A stretch of DNA of 64,000 nt from an uncultured Spirochaetota bacterium (GCA_963781885.1 CAWAHW010000007.1:256001-320000); one strand, 5' to 3'; positions 30,001 to 39,433 are shown, counted from the first letter of the stretch. Translations and numbers: made by a program. Notes: generated by a model from the sequence alone, not told the origin.

Positions 30001-31008
30001 CTCGGGGCGTATGGCAGCTCCGTCCCGCAGGGGAGGTTCGACTTCGCGGAGAAGGTGGAGCTCACCGCGGGGCAGAACAAGATCGAGGTCTCCTGTATGA
30101 ACGAGAAAGGCGTGGAGTCCTTCCGCGCCCTCCGCTACGCCGAGTACAATGCCGTGGAGCGCGGGGACTTGTACTACCTGGGTATGGGCGTGTCTGACTA
30201 CCGCAGTCCCCAGATCAACGACCTCTCCTACGCGGCAAAGGACGCCACGGACCTGGAGGCGGCCTTCAAGAAGATGAATGGCGTCTTCCGCGCCATCCAT
30301 ACGCTGACGCTCACCGACTCAAAGGTGACGGTGGGCAACATCAAACGCGCGAAGGACTTCCTCTCCTCCGCGAAGCCCGAGGACGTGCTCGTCCTCTTCA
30401 TCGCGGGGCACGGGGTGCACGGCACGGATCCCGCGGCCACGTACTACTACGTCACCTGGGACGCCGAGCTCTCCAACCTCGCGGGGACGGCGGCTGACTT
30501 CGACCTTATCGAGGGGCTGCTCCAGGGGATCGGCCCCCGCAGGAAGCTCTTCCTGATGGACACCTGCGAGTCGGGGGAGCTCGACGACGAGGAGGCGTCC
30601 CCGGCGGGCGGGGAGCCCGGCGCGGGCGCGCGGGTCATCGGGAAGGACGCGCTCAGCAGGGGCTTGGGCATCGTGAAGATAGCCCCGAGCGTCCTGCGCG
30701 CCAAGGACCGCTACATCTGCAATGACCTCGTGCGGCGCTCCGGGGCCATCGTCTTCTCCAGCTGCCTCGGCAGCGAGTCCTCCTTCGAAAGCGATGAGTA
30801 TCAGAACGGGTACTTCACCACGAAGATCAAGGAGGCGCTCAGTTCGAAGGCGGCGGATGTCGACGGCGACGGCGCCGTCTCCACCGACGAGCTACGCGCT
30901 TATGTCTCCGCCGCGGTGCCGAAGATCAGCGACAACCTGCAGCACCCGACGGTGGACCGTGACAACCTCTACGTGAAGTTCGAGCTCCCGCAGGTTCCCA
31001 TGAAGTGA
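27055..31008 (+). CDS. secreted PEGA + WD40-repeat + caspase (peptidase C14) protein
   Basis: Signal peptide; PEGA (TEPPEADVYLDG..GRTP); about 14 [FY]SPDG-type WD repeats; His-Cys dyad AGHG / MDTCESG; DVDGDGAVSTDEL Ca-binding loop. Confidence 0.88.
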   Translation: MRIDARRFAAALILAAVVAFPPIARASARALVLPFMYEPELKSAAEQIEDTFRGIASASGRFDVPSKESMAAIVAETTADLVPVFDVRAGSRLAMFLMGDYFFMGAVRSRSGSLEVEIAYVDVLTQEELKRLTVKIDDPANARPVLETLFADLIRKEARQEEARAPATLAITTEPPEADVYLDGELKGRTPFVANAAPGWHQVHIRKPQYVDKYGDMQLESGKVQTFTLTLEQVRPITTSMRPSSPPPRVDYERYEAADQWHAVIQSAVSIANCLDFSPDGRFILTGGDTGELIVWTLDAQIVRKWSIGDAPVTSVRFSPDGGSFVFASGYGDTESSVSVWRVDGSVLLTLGHFSSTVNAVAFSPDGACIAAASGKTIRVWRLDGAPVCEMTGHGDDVDSIAFSPRGNRIVSGSSDKTVRTWDLEGRLLQTMEGHSGFVDGGVAYSPDGKLIASGSMDDTVKVWTEEGRLLRTLQGHRDAIQSVAFSPNGQCLVTADRLGDIRVWSLEGALLGAITAADGLRAVALSPDGEFLAVSTYLGLSVWKTDGTLAAEADWRKRTVNVVAASPHGGFFAAGSLDGKVALWGPDLSLKKAFLCNPDGKEFSSVQGMAFSPDGQSIATASTDRLAALWDLKGSLVRAFRAHDRQVNDVAFSPDGSQLASASDDGSVIAWNADGSGLKVLEGHTDKVNDVRVSPKGDLIASCSHDGTIRLWKPDGTPVKSLSLEKEWPVSLAFSPDGRNLLCGTGGWSAVPSHLLLWDLESGKTTRFPETGTWVSVAFSPDGKTFASAASVSAEGAVLKIWDVQGSLLKTFEGPGSSIHSLAYSADGKYVVAGMDNAAVIRRLDNGECVTLLAQGDEWIVYTPDGYFDASINGGDLIRMSRGFRTVGIEQFAVRNNRPDIILQRMGLGAQDQIVYYHSLFLKRLRKLGLAEGDLSTEEQAPLAQITDMRVDGKRAEIRFTLRDPGHRILSYNIWVNGVPILGAYGSSVPQGRFDFAEKVELTAGQNKIEVSCMNEKGVESFRALRYAEYNAVERGDLYYLGMGVSDYRSPQINDLSYAAKDATDLEAAFKKMNGVFRAIHTLTLTDSKVTVGNIKRAKDFLSSAKPEDVLVLFIAGHGVHGTDPAATYYYVTWDAELSNLAGTAADFDLIEGLLQGIGPRRKLFLMDTCESGELDDEEASPAGGEPGAGARVIGKDALSRGLGIVKIAPSVLRAKDRYICNDLVRRSGAIVFSSCLGSESSFESDEYQNGYFTTKIKEALSSKAADVDGDGAVSTDELRAYVSAAVPKISDNLQHPTVDRDNLYVKFELPQVPMK

Positions 31009-31144
31009 GGCCCTTTTGGGGGGCACCCTTATGCCTTCAGGTCACACTCTCGGGCAAGGCCTCCATCGTCCTCATATCCAACCGCTTGCCGGAAGACTTG
31101 CACGTCATATTCCCCGATCTCGTCGTGCGCTCGGCCGATGCCGC

Positions 31145-31720
31145 CTACGCCGCGCCGTTCTTGATCAGAGTCCGCACGAATGCGGCCCGACATTCGGGAT
31201 CGGCGAGGTCGAGGGCGGGCAGCTTTTCAAACAGGCCAGGGAACATGCCCGGAAAAATCGCTGCGGATACAAGCTGGGCCGCGCGCGTGGCCGCGGTTTG
31301 AGGATCGTTGTCCTCCACCACCTTGCACAGCTTGCCGACGACCTCAGCGAGGCTGTCACGGAGGGCCAGACCGACCTCCTGATCGGTGAGGTTTGTATAT
31401 AAAATGGCCTGCATCATGCGCGGCCAATCCAGGGCTCCGTTCAGGAGATAGAGGAGAACATCGAAAAGGCGCGCTGCCTCGGGCTCGGAGGTCTTGTCCA
31501 GGATGCTGATGATATCCCGGACGAAGTGATCGAAGCGATCGCGCAGCACCTGGGCGATCAGGACATCCTTGGAGCGAAAATAGTAATTGAGGGCCGCGAC
31601 GTTCACCCCGGCTTCCTGGGCTATGTCGCGGACGGTCAGGTTGGGCAGACCGTCGCGTTCGATGCAGGCGACGGCGGCCAGGACTATTCGGGCCGCCGGG
31701 CCGTCGCTGGGCTTTTGCAT
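31145..31720 (-). CDS. TetR/AcrR family regulator
   Basis: LTVRDIAQEAGVNVAALNYYFRSKD. Confidence 0.88.
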   Translation of the reverse strand: MQKPSDGPAARIVLAAVACIERDGLPNLTVRDIAQEAGVNVAALNYYFRSKDVLIAQVLRDRFDHFVRDIISILDKTSEPEAARLFDVLLYLLNGALDWPRMMQAILYTNLTDQEVGLALRDSLAEVVGKLCKVVEDNDPQTAATRAAQLVSAAIFPGMFPGLFEKLPALDLADPECRAAFVRTLIKNGAA

Positions 31721-31774
31721 GCCGGTAAAGTACGCCCGGACCCCGGGGTCGCGCAAGGCCGTGCCGCGAAATGC

Positions 31775-33002
31775 TCAGAGATACCGCTCCACCCAATCCA
31801 ATATTCGGGTGGTTGCGAAGGCGAAGGCGCCCGTCTGCACGTGTAAATGGGCCGTATCCTCGGCGCTGAACTTCAGGTACTCCTTGGGACAGCGCAGGGC
31901 CTCATAGAGGTCTTTGGCTTGGCCGTATTCCTCACCGTCGCCATCAATGACCAAGACCCGTGTCTTAATCAGGGAGACGTCGTCGGTCGCGTTGAAACTT
32001 CGCATGATCCCGATTAACCCGGAAGGCGACGAACCACCGTGGCGCCACTCCATGTCCTTGATGGCCCAGTCGAGGAATGTGCTGCCCTCCATGATCGCCC
32101 TCATTCTGGCGTCGAAAACCCCTGGATCGCTGTCGAGGAGGGGCATGAGGTCAGGCATGTTCTCGGTGAAGTAGCCGGTGATGATGCGCGACCAGTCGAG
32201 GACGCCAGGATTGGCAACCGCCAGCTTGAGGCGCCGCTCGTATGCCACGGCCCTCGGCACCAAGGCGCCGCCCATACTCATGCCAATGACGCCGATGCGC
32301 TCGGGATCGACCCCGGGTTGCTTCTGGGCCCAATCGACCACCGGGCCCAGGACCTTTTCCCAATCGGGGCGGAAGACCAGGCGCTGCAGGCGTACCACCT
32401 CGCCCTGTCCAGGACCGTCGAAGAGTAGGCAGCCGATGCCGCGGGCCATGGCTTCGCGGGCGACATAGACGCAGTCCTGGGCCCAGCCGTCGCGGCCCTC
32501 CTGAACGACGAGCAGGGGAGCCTCGGCCTTCGCACCGGGCGCCTTGAAGAAATACCCGGGTAGGCTGGTATCCTCATAGGGAATAAGGACAGGCACGCCT
32601 CCGATCTCAGGCAGGAGGGCGAGTGCCTTACCGAAGCAGCGGACCGCCTCTGTGGCCAGACGGGTCATGTGCTGACTTGCGGGGTCGGGGTGCCGATGCG
32701 CAGCGGCGCGATAGTAACTGGCGGCGCGCAAGTAGCTTTGGCCTGCGGTACGGACCAGCTTGTCCGTTTCGGCGCGGTCCGCTCCCTTCGCCAGTCGGTC
32801 GGCGGTCCTTTCCCAGGCAAGTGTCCAACTCCATGGCTCGTTCTTTTGCACTCGACTGGCACTTTCCAGGCATTCGCCTATGTCGGTCATGCCGGTCCAG
32901 CTCTCGCTGAGGTAAAAGAGGAGGACTTGGTCCAAGAACGGCGTCGGACATCATGCCAAGCTCGTACCAGGGCTTCGGAGCAATTGAATGATTGTCACGC
33001 AT
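31775..33002 (-). CDS. alpha/beta hydrolase (FrsA / 2,6-dihydroxypseudooxynicotine hydrolase-like; apparent frameshift near 32935)
   Basis: YLRAASYY, FDGPGQG, the GMSMGG nucleophile elbow and a C-terminal H. The MRDNHSIAPKPWYELG N-terminus lies in the adjacent frame, after a GGAGG SD. Confidence 0.82.
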
Positions 33003-33023
33003 ACTCCCTCCTAAATGATTGTT

Positions 33024-33067
33024 TAAAACAGTTGTTTTATTATTGACATAGTTATCACCTTTGTCAA
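33024..33067 (-). promoter_or_regulatory. promoter with palindromic TetR-type operator
   Basis: Minus strand TTGACA-N17-AATAAT; palindrome TAAAACA-GT-TGTTTTA at 33024-33039. Confidence 0.65.
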
Positions 33068-33187
33068 GAGCATGCTGAGCCAGGATATCGAAGACAATTC
33101 CTTAAGCCTGGTGCCTGAGTTCAAGGTCGAAGTGCAATAAACCGGAGGTGCCCATAACCTGCCCTCGGTCTACTGCCAGCCTACGTG

Positions 33188-33772
33188 CTATATGCCGGCC
33201 TTTTTCTCTTTTGATCGACGGAGATCTGCTGCAACCTGTTCATAGTCGCCGTCGTTTCCAAGCAAGTTCAAGGAACGGGCAATCGCCAATCCAAACTCTA
33301 CGTTTGCATATGGTTTGGCCGTAATGACATTCCCATCCATTACAAGGTCCTGCTCCAGCATGTTCTCGCGTGGGAGATATTCGTGCGTTTCCGCATCAAG
33401 GGATGTGGTGAACTTGTGACGACTGAGTACCCCCGCTTTGGCAAGTACACCTGGCCCGGCACAAATGGCGGCAAGGACTCGACCTCGCTCGTCCATGTCA
33501 CGCACCAGGGTAAGAACCTGTTCTATTTTCTCGATGTTTGCAATTGTGCCACCGGGGATAATCAAGGCATCGGCGTCGGATGAATGAATGTTGGAGATTG
33601 GCGTGTCAGGTTGAACACGAAGCCCTTCCGCCGAAAGGATGGGGTTTTGGTTTTGGCCAAGTACAACTACTTTGGCCTTGCCCATTGTCAGGATGAATGC
33701 CGCGGGAGCGATTTCGAACAGAGCGAAGGAATTGTAGACGAACAGGTACACGGCCACTTGGTTGGTTTTCAT
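33188..33772 (-). CDS. DJ-1/PfpI family protein
   Basis: FEIA, LIIPGG, AAICAGP nucleophile and DGNVITA. Confidence 0.88.
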   Translation of the reverse strand: MKTNQVAVYLFVYNSFALFEIAPAAFILTMGKAKVVVLGQNQNPILSAEGLRVQPDTPISNIHSSDADALIIPGGTIANIEKIEQVLTLVRDMDERGRVLAAICAGPGVLAKAGVLSRHKFTTSLDAETHEYLPRENMLEQDLVMDGNVITAKPYANVEFGLAIARSLNLLGNDGDYEQVAADLRRSKEKKAGI

Positions 33773-33835
33773 CGGTTCTCCACTAGTATCCGTCTTTGAT
33801 CGAACCTACCCACCGTTAGGTACGACAGCGATCTA

Positions 33836-34495
33836 CTACAAGATCCTCTTCCCGATGGCGTCGAATGCGCGCAGTTCTGTCTTGGCACATACGCTGTCTG
33901 GGTATTCGTCATCAATCAGCGTCCACAGCATCATCGAATCAAGCTGCCCGCGCGGATTCGGAACCCACTTCCTGAGTACCCCTTCCTTCTGGAATCCAAG
34001 CTTCTCTGGTATTCGCGCACTCTTGTGGTTGGCCACCGCGCAACAAATGTGTACTCGTTTCACCTTGTTGATTTCGAAGGCAACCTTTGTCAGGGCAGAC
34101 GACACCTCCGTCGCGTAGCCCTGTCCTTCGTATTTCTGCTGAATCCAGTACCCGATCTCCAAGCCATGCTTTCCCTGCCGTGTATGAAGCCCGGTGCCCC
34201 CCATGACCTCGGTTTCAGTCGGATTGAAGATGCCGTAGACGAACTCCTGATCCAAGTCGAACTGAGCGCGTGCTTTGCGAATCCAAGCGACCCTCACTTC
34301 CAGCGGCTCAACTTTGTCAGTAACCCAAGGAATCCAAGGTCGCAGATAGTCCATGTTCGAGTCGATGGCATCCTTTAAAGGGAGCGCATCGGCCGGGTTC
34401 CAGCACCTGATGCACAGCCGTTTCGTTTCGACTCTATACGCAGGCCCGGCGGGGGAAGGGAACACTTTGTCCTGGTTGGGTGCGGCGGTCGACAT
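33836..34495 (-). CDS. GNAT N-acetyltransferase (RimJ/RimL-like)
   Basis: EIGYWI..YEGQGYATE and N..S..IPEKLGF..EG. Confidence 0.88.
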   Translation of the reverse strand: MSTAAPNQDKVFPSPAGPAYRVETKRLCIRCWNPADALPLKDAIDSNMDYLRPWIPWVTDKVEPLEVRVAWIRKARAQFDLDQEFVYGIFNPTETEVMGGTGLHTRQGKHGLEIGYWIQQKYEGQGYATEVSSALTKVAFEINKVKRVHICCAVANHKSARIPEKLGFQKEGVLRKWVPNPRGQLDSMMLWTLIDDEYPDSVCAKTELRAFDAIGKRIL

Positions 34496-34764
34496 ATGCT
34501 GCGATCTTTGCCCCTTTGGGGACCATTGTTGAATGGACTCAACATGGAGTTGAGCACCCGGCCCGCATCAAAAACCGCGCCACACCGATTGGCGCCGGAA
34601 GCGGGTCTATCAAGCGCGTCATCCTTGGCACTGTACCACTCACATTGCGACTCCAGGGCAATCTCGCTGCTCCCACGGATACGTCCCGAATCTTTGCAGC
34701 GCAAAATCCCCGCAAAGTGTTATAATGTATGCCATCAAGTTTCAAATATAACGTGGAGGAATCG

Positions 34765-35391
34765 ATGAGAAAGTCGCCCTTCTTCGCAGTAATCCTGGCG
34801 GCGTTTGTGCTGACGCCTTCGCTTGTTGAAGCGCGGGGAGGCGGCGGCCTTGAGTATCTCACCAACATCGGGTCTGATGCTATCCCACAACTTCAGAGCA
34901 CCGGCGGCCGCCTCTTGGATCTGCCGACAGGCACTATTTCGGCGATCAGCGGGTTCGGTTACGGGGTGTTGCCCGGTGGGTGGAAGATTGGCGGGTTCGG
35001 CATTTTCTTTTACTCTGGAGAGCTCTCCTTGACCATCCCCAACCTTGGAGGGCCACTCACGCGCGCCGTCGGCGGCGCGGGGGGGCTTATTTCCGGCGGG
35101 TACGCGCGATGGGGGCCCTTCGGATTCTCCTTGGACATCCGTATAGGAGCCGGCGGTATGGGGGTGAGCTACCTTGGGGCTTACAGCAGCGAATTCGGCC
35201 CGATGGAAGCAACCGACGGCGTATTCGTGCTCTACGGTGCCCTTAAGGGGGAAATTGGCATCATAGTCGTCCCGGCAATGATGGTGTCGCTTTTCGCCGG
35301 TGTTGATGTCCTTGCGGCAATCAGCATGATGGAACCGATTCCAGTGTTCGTCCCTACTATTGGTGTCCGAATAACTTGGGGGAGCTTCTGA
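34765..35391 (+). CDS. hypothetical exported protein, probable small outer-membrane beta-barrel
   Basis: Signal peptide, Gly-rich amphipathic strands and C-terminal GVRITWGSF; GGAGG SD. Confidence 0.6.
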   Translation: MRKSPFFAVILAAFVLTPSLVEARGGGGLEYLTNIGSDAIPQLQSTGGRLLDLPTGTISAISGFGYGVLPGGWKIGGFGIFFYSGELSLTIPNLGGPLTRAVGGAGGLISGGYARWGPFGFSLDIRIGAGGMGVSYLGAYSSEFGPMEATDGVFVLYGALKGEIGIIVVPAMMVSLFAGVDVLAAISMMEPIPVFVPTIGVRITWGSF

Positions 35392-35439
35392 ACGACGGCT
35401 TCCTTGCAAAAAGTGCAAAGCGCGCCACCCTCCCTCTTC

Positions 35440-35466
35440 TCCGTGACAACACTTTGTTGTCACGGA
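35440..35466. repeat. perfect 12-bp inverted repeat
   Basis: TCCGTGACAACA-CTT-TGTTGTCACGGA. Confidence 0.75.
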
Positions 35467-35683
35467 TGTAGAATCGCCCTCCCCCCTTTGAGCCCGCGTG
35501 CCCTGAAATCCCACTTTTCGAAACCGAATATAAAGTTCAAGTGTTCGGTCAACTTTTTCACCGCGACATTCGGATCGCAGTTTTCTATTAGATTTCCGCA
35601 CTTTTGCGGGCTTTCAGGCAAGTCCTGCCAACGTTTTCCAACCCTTGTGTTGACATTCCCAGGCTGGGATGCGCTCATGGGCC

Positions 35684-36475
35684 ATGATAGAAACCCTTTC
35701 CATCTCCGGTGGCTTTGACAAAAATGGGCAGCTCGAATCCGTGGGGGAGGTCCAGATTCGCAGGGGCGAGATCGTCGGCGTTGTCGGCCCCACGGGCAGC
35801 GGCAAGAGTTCGCTCATCGCGGACATTGAGCAGCTCGCGCAGGGTGACACCTCGACACGACGGACGGTCCTCGTAAACGGGCGTACGCCAAGCCGCGAGG
35901 AGAGAACGAACCCCAAAAAGAAGATCGTGGCCCAACTTTCCCAGAACATGAACTTTCTTGCCAATATGACAGTGGGCAATTTCCTTCGCCTGCACGCGAA
36001 GTGTCGGCACGTCGACAAGGAGAGCACCTGTGAGGTCATAGAGCTCGCCAACGGACTCACCGGAGAGCCAATCTGCGAGGATGACGAGCTCACGATCCTG
36101 AGCGGTGGGCAGTCGAGGGCCCTGATGGTGGCGGATGTCGCCATCATCAGCGATTCCCCGATCGTGCTCGTCGACGAAATCGAGAACGCGGGGATCAAGA
36201 AACACGACGCCCTGAAGCTCCTGGCCGGTTTCGGAAAGATCGTGCTGGTTGTGACCCACGACCCGGTGCTCGCGCTCATGGCGGAGCGGCGGATCATCAT
36301 GAGGTCCGGCGGGATGGTGAAAATCGTGCAGACCACCAAGGGAGAGAAGCTCGTCTCCCGGAATCTGAAGCGAATCGACGAGTGGATGCTCACACTGAGG
36401 GAGCAGGTGCGGCAGGGCGAGCTCATTGAGGAGGTGCCGGACCTCGTCTCTGCCCTGGCGGAGAAAACTGCATGA
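35684..36475 (+). CDS. ABC-type ATPase with no adjacent permease
   Basis: [28 protein letters not shown] and VTHDP. Confidence 0.85.
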   Translation: MIETLSISGGFDKNGQLESVGEVQIRRGEIVGVVGPTGSGKSSLIADIEQLAQGDTSTRRTVLVNGRTPSREERTNPKKKIVAQLSQNMNFLANMTVGNFLRLHAKCRHVDKESTCEVIELANGLTGEPICEDDELTILSGGQSRALMVADVAIISDSPIVLVDEIENAGIKKHDALKLLAGFGKIVLVVTHDPVLALMAERRIIMRSGGMVKIVQTTKGEKLVSRNLKRIDEWMLTLREQVRQGELIEEVPDLVSALAEKTA

Positions 36476-37173
36476 AGCTTGTGATTGTCGCGGGAACTCC
36501 CGGGTCGGGTAAGACCTCCATCCTCGTTCACGCGGTGAGGCTGCTCAAGGAACGGGGCGCCTCCGTGTCCATCGTCAAGATTGACTGCCTCGCCACCGAC
36601 GACGACGAGAGGTATTCCCGATTCGGCATCCCCACCCTCGTGGGCCTCGCGAAGGACGTGTGCCCGGACCACTTCACCATATACAACATGGAAGAGATCA
36701 TCCAATGGGCGCGGGATAAAGGCACCGAGCTTCTGGCTGTTGAAACCGCGGGCTTGTGTCACCGCTGCGCACCTTACACGACAGGCTCCCTCGGTGTGTG
36801 CGTGATCGACGCCACGTGCGGCCCGAACACCCCCTTAAAGGTTGGTCCCCTGCTGAGCACGGCGAACATCATCGTCATCACCAAGGGAGACGTCATCTCC
36901 CAAGCGGAAAGGGAAATCTTTCGGGAGCGCCTGCTGGAGATGAACCCCCAGGCGGAGCTCGTAAACGCCAATGGCCTGAGCGGACAGGGGGCCGCGGAGC
37001 TTGTCGATCGGTTCCACGACTTACCGGACGTGCAGGTCGACAGTGAGCGCCTCCGGCACACGGCGCCGCTTTCCATTTGCACCCTCTGCGCAGGTGAGAC
37101 CCGGGTGGCCAGGGAGTACCACCGCGGAATCCTTCGACGTATCGACGGCTTCCAAACCTATGCGGGTGAGTAG
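36472..37173 (+). CDS. HypB/UreG/CobW (G3E) family GTPase, Cys-rich
   Basis: [31 protein letters not shown] and C-terminal CTLC; ATGA overlap. Confidence 0.85.
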   Translation: MKLVIVAGTPGSGKTSILVHAVRLLKERGASVSIVKIDCLATDDDERYSRFGIPTLVGLAKDVCPDHFTIYNMEEIIQWARDKGTELLAVETAGLCHRCAPYTTGSLGVCVIDATCGPNTPLKVGPLLSTANIIVITKGDVISQAEREIFRERLLEMNPQAELVNANGLSGQGAAELVDRFHDLPDVQVDSERLRHTAPLSICTLCAGETRVAREYHRGILRRIDGFQTYAGE

Positions 37174-37176
37174 GAA

Positions 37177-37857
37177 ATGGCTGACATAGGCAATCAGCTT
37201 CCTGGTCACAACTGCGGCGCCTGCGGTATGGCGCGATGCGACTTGTTTGCCGACGCGCTTTCCGAGGGGAGGGCCCCTCTCTCGGACTGTCCGGTTCTGG
37301 TTCAAGAGCGGTACGGAGAAAACAGGACGCGAATCCAGACAATGCTGGCAGAGTCGCGCAGCAAGGGGACATGTCCCTCCGAGGCCGTCTCCCTCCGCGC
37401 GGGCAACCTCGTTGGGCTCATCGACGGCTATGAGGCCGATTTTGTGCTTGTCCCGCATCGGGGGGAATGCTCGTGCAGGGAGATTCTCTTCCCGATCACC
37501 CCGGGCTGCGCAGGGGCCGGGGACGTGATCCGTTACAGGCCTCTTGGGTGTCCAATCACCCACTTCGCGCATATCATCGAAAAGAGGGACGGCCTGCTGG
37601 TTGTGCACATCGTCGGGCCCCGGCACAGACTGGAGGAACCGGGCTTCACCTTCAAGGATATCGGGGTGTGCATGGTGATCGGATTCGAGGGCGACGTGGA
37701 GGGCAAGCTGCCATTCGTCGGACAAACAGTCAGATTCAAGCCTGCCGAGTGCATGATGCAGAAGGTGCACTCCGGTGTCGTGGTGAAATGCGAGGGGAGA
37801 ACCGTGCTCATCGAGGGACTGGACCTGAAGGTCTGGGCTCCCCCGGTTCGATCCTGA
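37177..37857 (+). CDS. (Fe-S)-binding protein with an RnfB/AcsC-type FeS N-terminal domain
   Basis: LPGHNCGACGMARC..A....CPVL, plus further Cys/His motifs CSCRE, GCPITH and CMMQKVH. Confidence 0.85.
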   Translation: MADIGNQLPGHNCGACGMARCDLFADALSEGRAPLSDCPVLVQERYGENRTRIQTMLAESRSKGTCPSEAVSLRAGNLVGLIDGYEADFVLVPHRGECSCREILFPITPGCAGAGDVIRYRPLGCPITHFAHIIEKRDGLLVVHIVGPRHRLEEPGFTFKDIGVCMVIGFEGDVEGKLPFVGQTVRFKPAECMMQKVHSGVVVKCEGRTVLIEGLDLKVWAPPVRS

Positions 37858-38057
37858 AGAGTTTGGTTGCTTGTGAATCAGTTTTCACCGTTGACAACCA
37901 CCTCCGCCCTTCTTGCGCAAGGGCGAGCTCGCTCTTCGGTCGTTCGCCTTGGTCTGCCGCGCGTCGCCCATGGCTTCAGTCGCTTCTTCCATTCCACTGA
38001 TGATTGTGCTCGCGAGCTAGGGTATCTTGTACTCTTCCGCTGAGGGGGGAAAGAGTC

Positions 38058-38267
38058 ATGGAAGAGCAGATCAAGACGGGTGATGTTGTTCAGTTTAGGG
38101 GCGGTGGCTCGCCGATGAGTGTTGAGCAGGTAGAGGGTGACGAAGCCGTTTGTGTCTTTTCTCTTGGTGGCAAGCAACGCGTAAAGCTTGCGCTTCTTGA
38201 GAAAATCTCTAGTGAGCCCCCTCCGCGCCATCATCGGTGGACCTATACACGAGGACATGTCACATAA
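38058..38267 (+). CDS. YodC/DUF2158-like small protein
   Basis: GDVVQFRGGGSPMSV..AVC pattern; purine-rich SD. Confidence 0.7.
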   Translation: MEEQIKTGDVVQFRGGGSPMSVEQVEGDEAVCVFSLGGKQRVKLALLEKISSEPPPRHHRWTYTRGHVT

Positions 38268-38306
38268 CCAGTGTTCCTCCGCCGCATATGCCAAGGGGGA
38301 ACAGAC

Positions 38307-38414
38307 ATGGCACACGCTCGTAGGATGCGTCGACGGGACATGGCGCGTGGATTCGTTCGTTTGACCGAGGATGAGCTGATGGCTCTGATGGATCGTGCCC
38401 AGAAACATATGTAA
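38307..38414 (+). CDS. candidate 35-aa small protein
   Basis: AAGGGGGA SD followed by MAHARRMRRRDMARGFVRLTEDELMALMDRAQKHM*. Below the length cutoff of the ORF track. Confidence 0.35.
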   Translation: MAHARRMRRRDMARGFVRLTEDELMALMDRAQKHM

Positions 38415-38635
38415 TCATCAAAGCGCCGGGCTCAGGCCGTTTTTTCCTCGAGCCCCGTTATTGATCCTTTATGCCGCAAAGATACGGCATGTACTCATAT
38501 TGCACTTGATAGGCCCAGGAATCAGCCTTTTAGGACGAGATTTTAATCACGCCTAATTTCGCAGGCCCAACTGTTCCCCGGTCCACTCCGCAAACACTGC
38601 TCGATGATAGGATCCTCGCTTCGATGCAAAGCACC

Positions 38636-39433
38636 TCATGTGGTCAGACTGTCGACATAGGCAAAGACCCGATCCTGGTCGGCTTCAACACGAGCCGCAC
38701 GAGAGGGCATTGCTGATTTTCGACCCACCGTCTGATAGAGCGCCGTGCCGGGATCCAGGATTATGGCTGCAAGTGAAGCTCCCACTGCTTGGGTGCTTTG
38801 GAATACCGTAGCCCTGAGTAATTTCAGGATCCAGGAGGGAACTTGGTTGGCGGGAACGACCATCTTCGGATGAAAAGCTCGTACCTGAATGCCGTCGGCA
38901 GCCCATCGGCGCGCCATGGCCAGGGTGAACATAAGAAAGGCCCGCTTGGCCTGAGGGTAGTCAGCCTGGTCAAGAGAGCCAGCCTCCAGGGCAGCCACGG
39001 CAAATTCCCCTTTGGACTCTCCCATTGAGCTCGTATTCACAACGACTGCTCCTGGCGGGAGGACAGGACGGAGCCTGAGGCAAATCTGTGCTGGTGCCAA
39101 GAAGTTGACTCTCCGGTTCAGAGACCGGCCTTCTGCATCGACCTGCTTCGAGGGGAATACCGCTCCTGCGTTATTGACGAGGGCGTCCACCCTATGATAT
39201 CGCGTCTTCACCGTTTCAACAAAGGATCGAGCTGACTCCGGATTGGACAGATCCCCGGGGATCAGATCGACTTTGAGGTCGGGATGCTCCCCAGCGAGCC
39301 TTTTCGCCAGACTCGTGCCCCGTTCCAGGGTCCTGACCATCAGGACGAGAGCATCGGCGGAAGCCGCCAGATACCGGGCTGCCTCCAATCCGAAACCATG
39401 AGTGGCGCCAGTCATTACGATCGTAGGTTTCAT
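38636..39433 (-). CDS. SDR family oxidoreductase
   Basis: TGATHGFG, LVNNAG, NTSS and YPQAK (YxxxK). Confidence 0.88.
   Translation of the reverse strand: MKPTIVMTGATHGFGLEAARYLAASADALVLMVRTLERGTSLAKRLAGEHPDLKVDLIPGDLSNPESARSFVETVKTRYHRVDALVNNAGAVFPSKQVDAEGRSLNRRVNFLAPAQICLRLRPVLPPGAVVVNTSSMGESKGEFAVAALEAGSLDQADYPQAKRAFLMFTLAMARRWAADGIQVRAFHPKMVVPANQVPSWILKLLRATVFQSTQAVGASLAAIILDPGTALYQTVGRKSAMPSRAARVEADQDRVFAYVDSLTT

Noticed and set aside
33140-33835. Integron cassettes (GNAT, DJ-1) with attC sites
   Set aside because: ACCTAAC follows the GNAT stop and GTTATGG lies downstream of DJ-1, but no complete R''-L''-L'-R' palindrome or IntI gene is visible.
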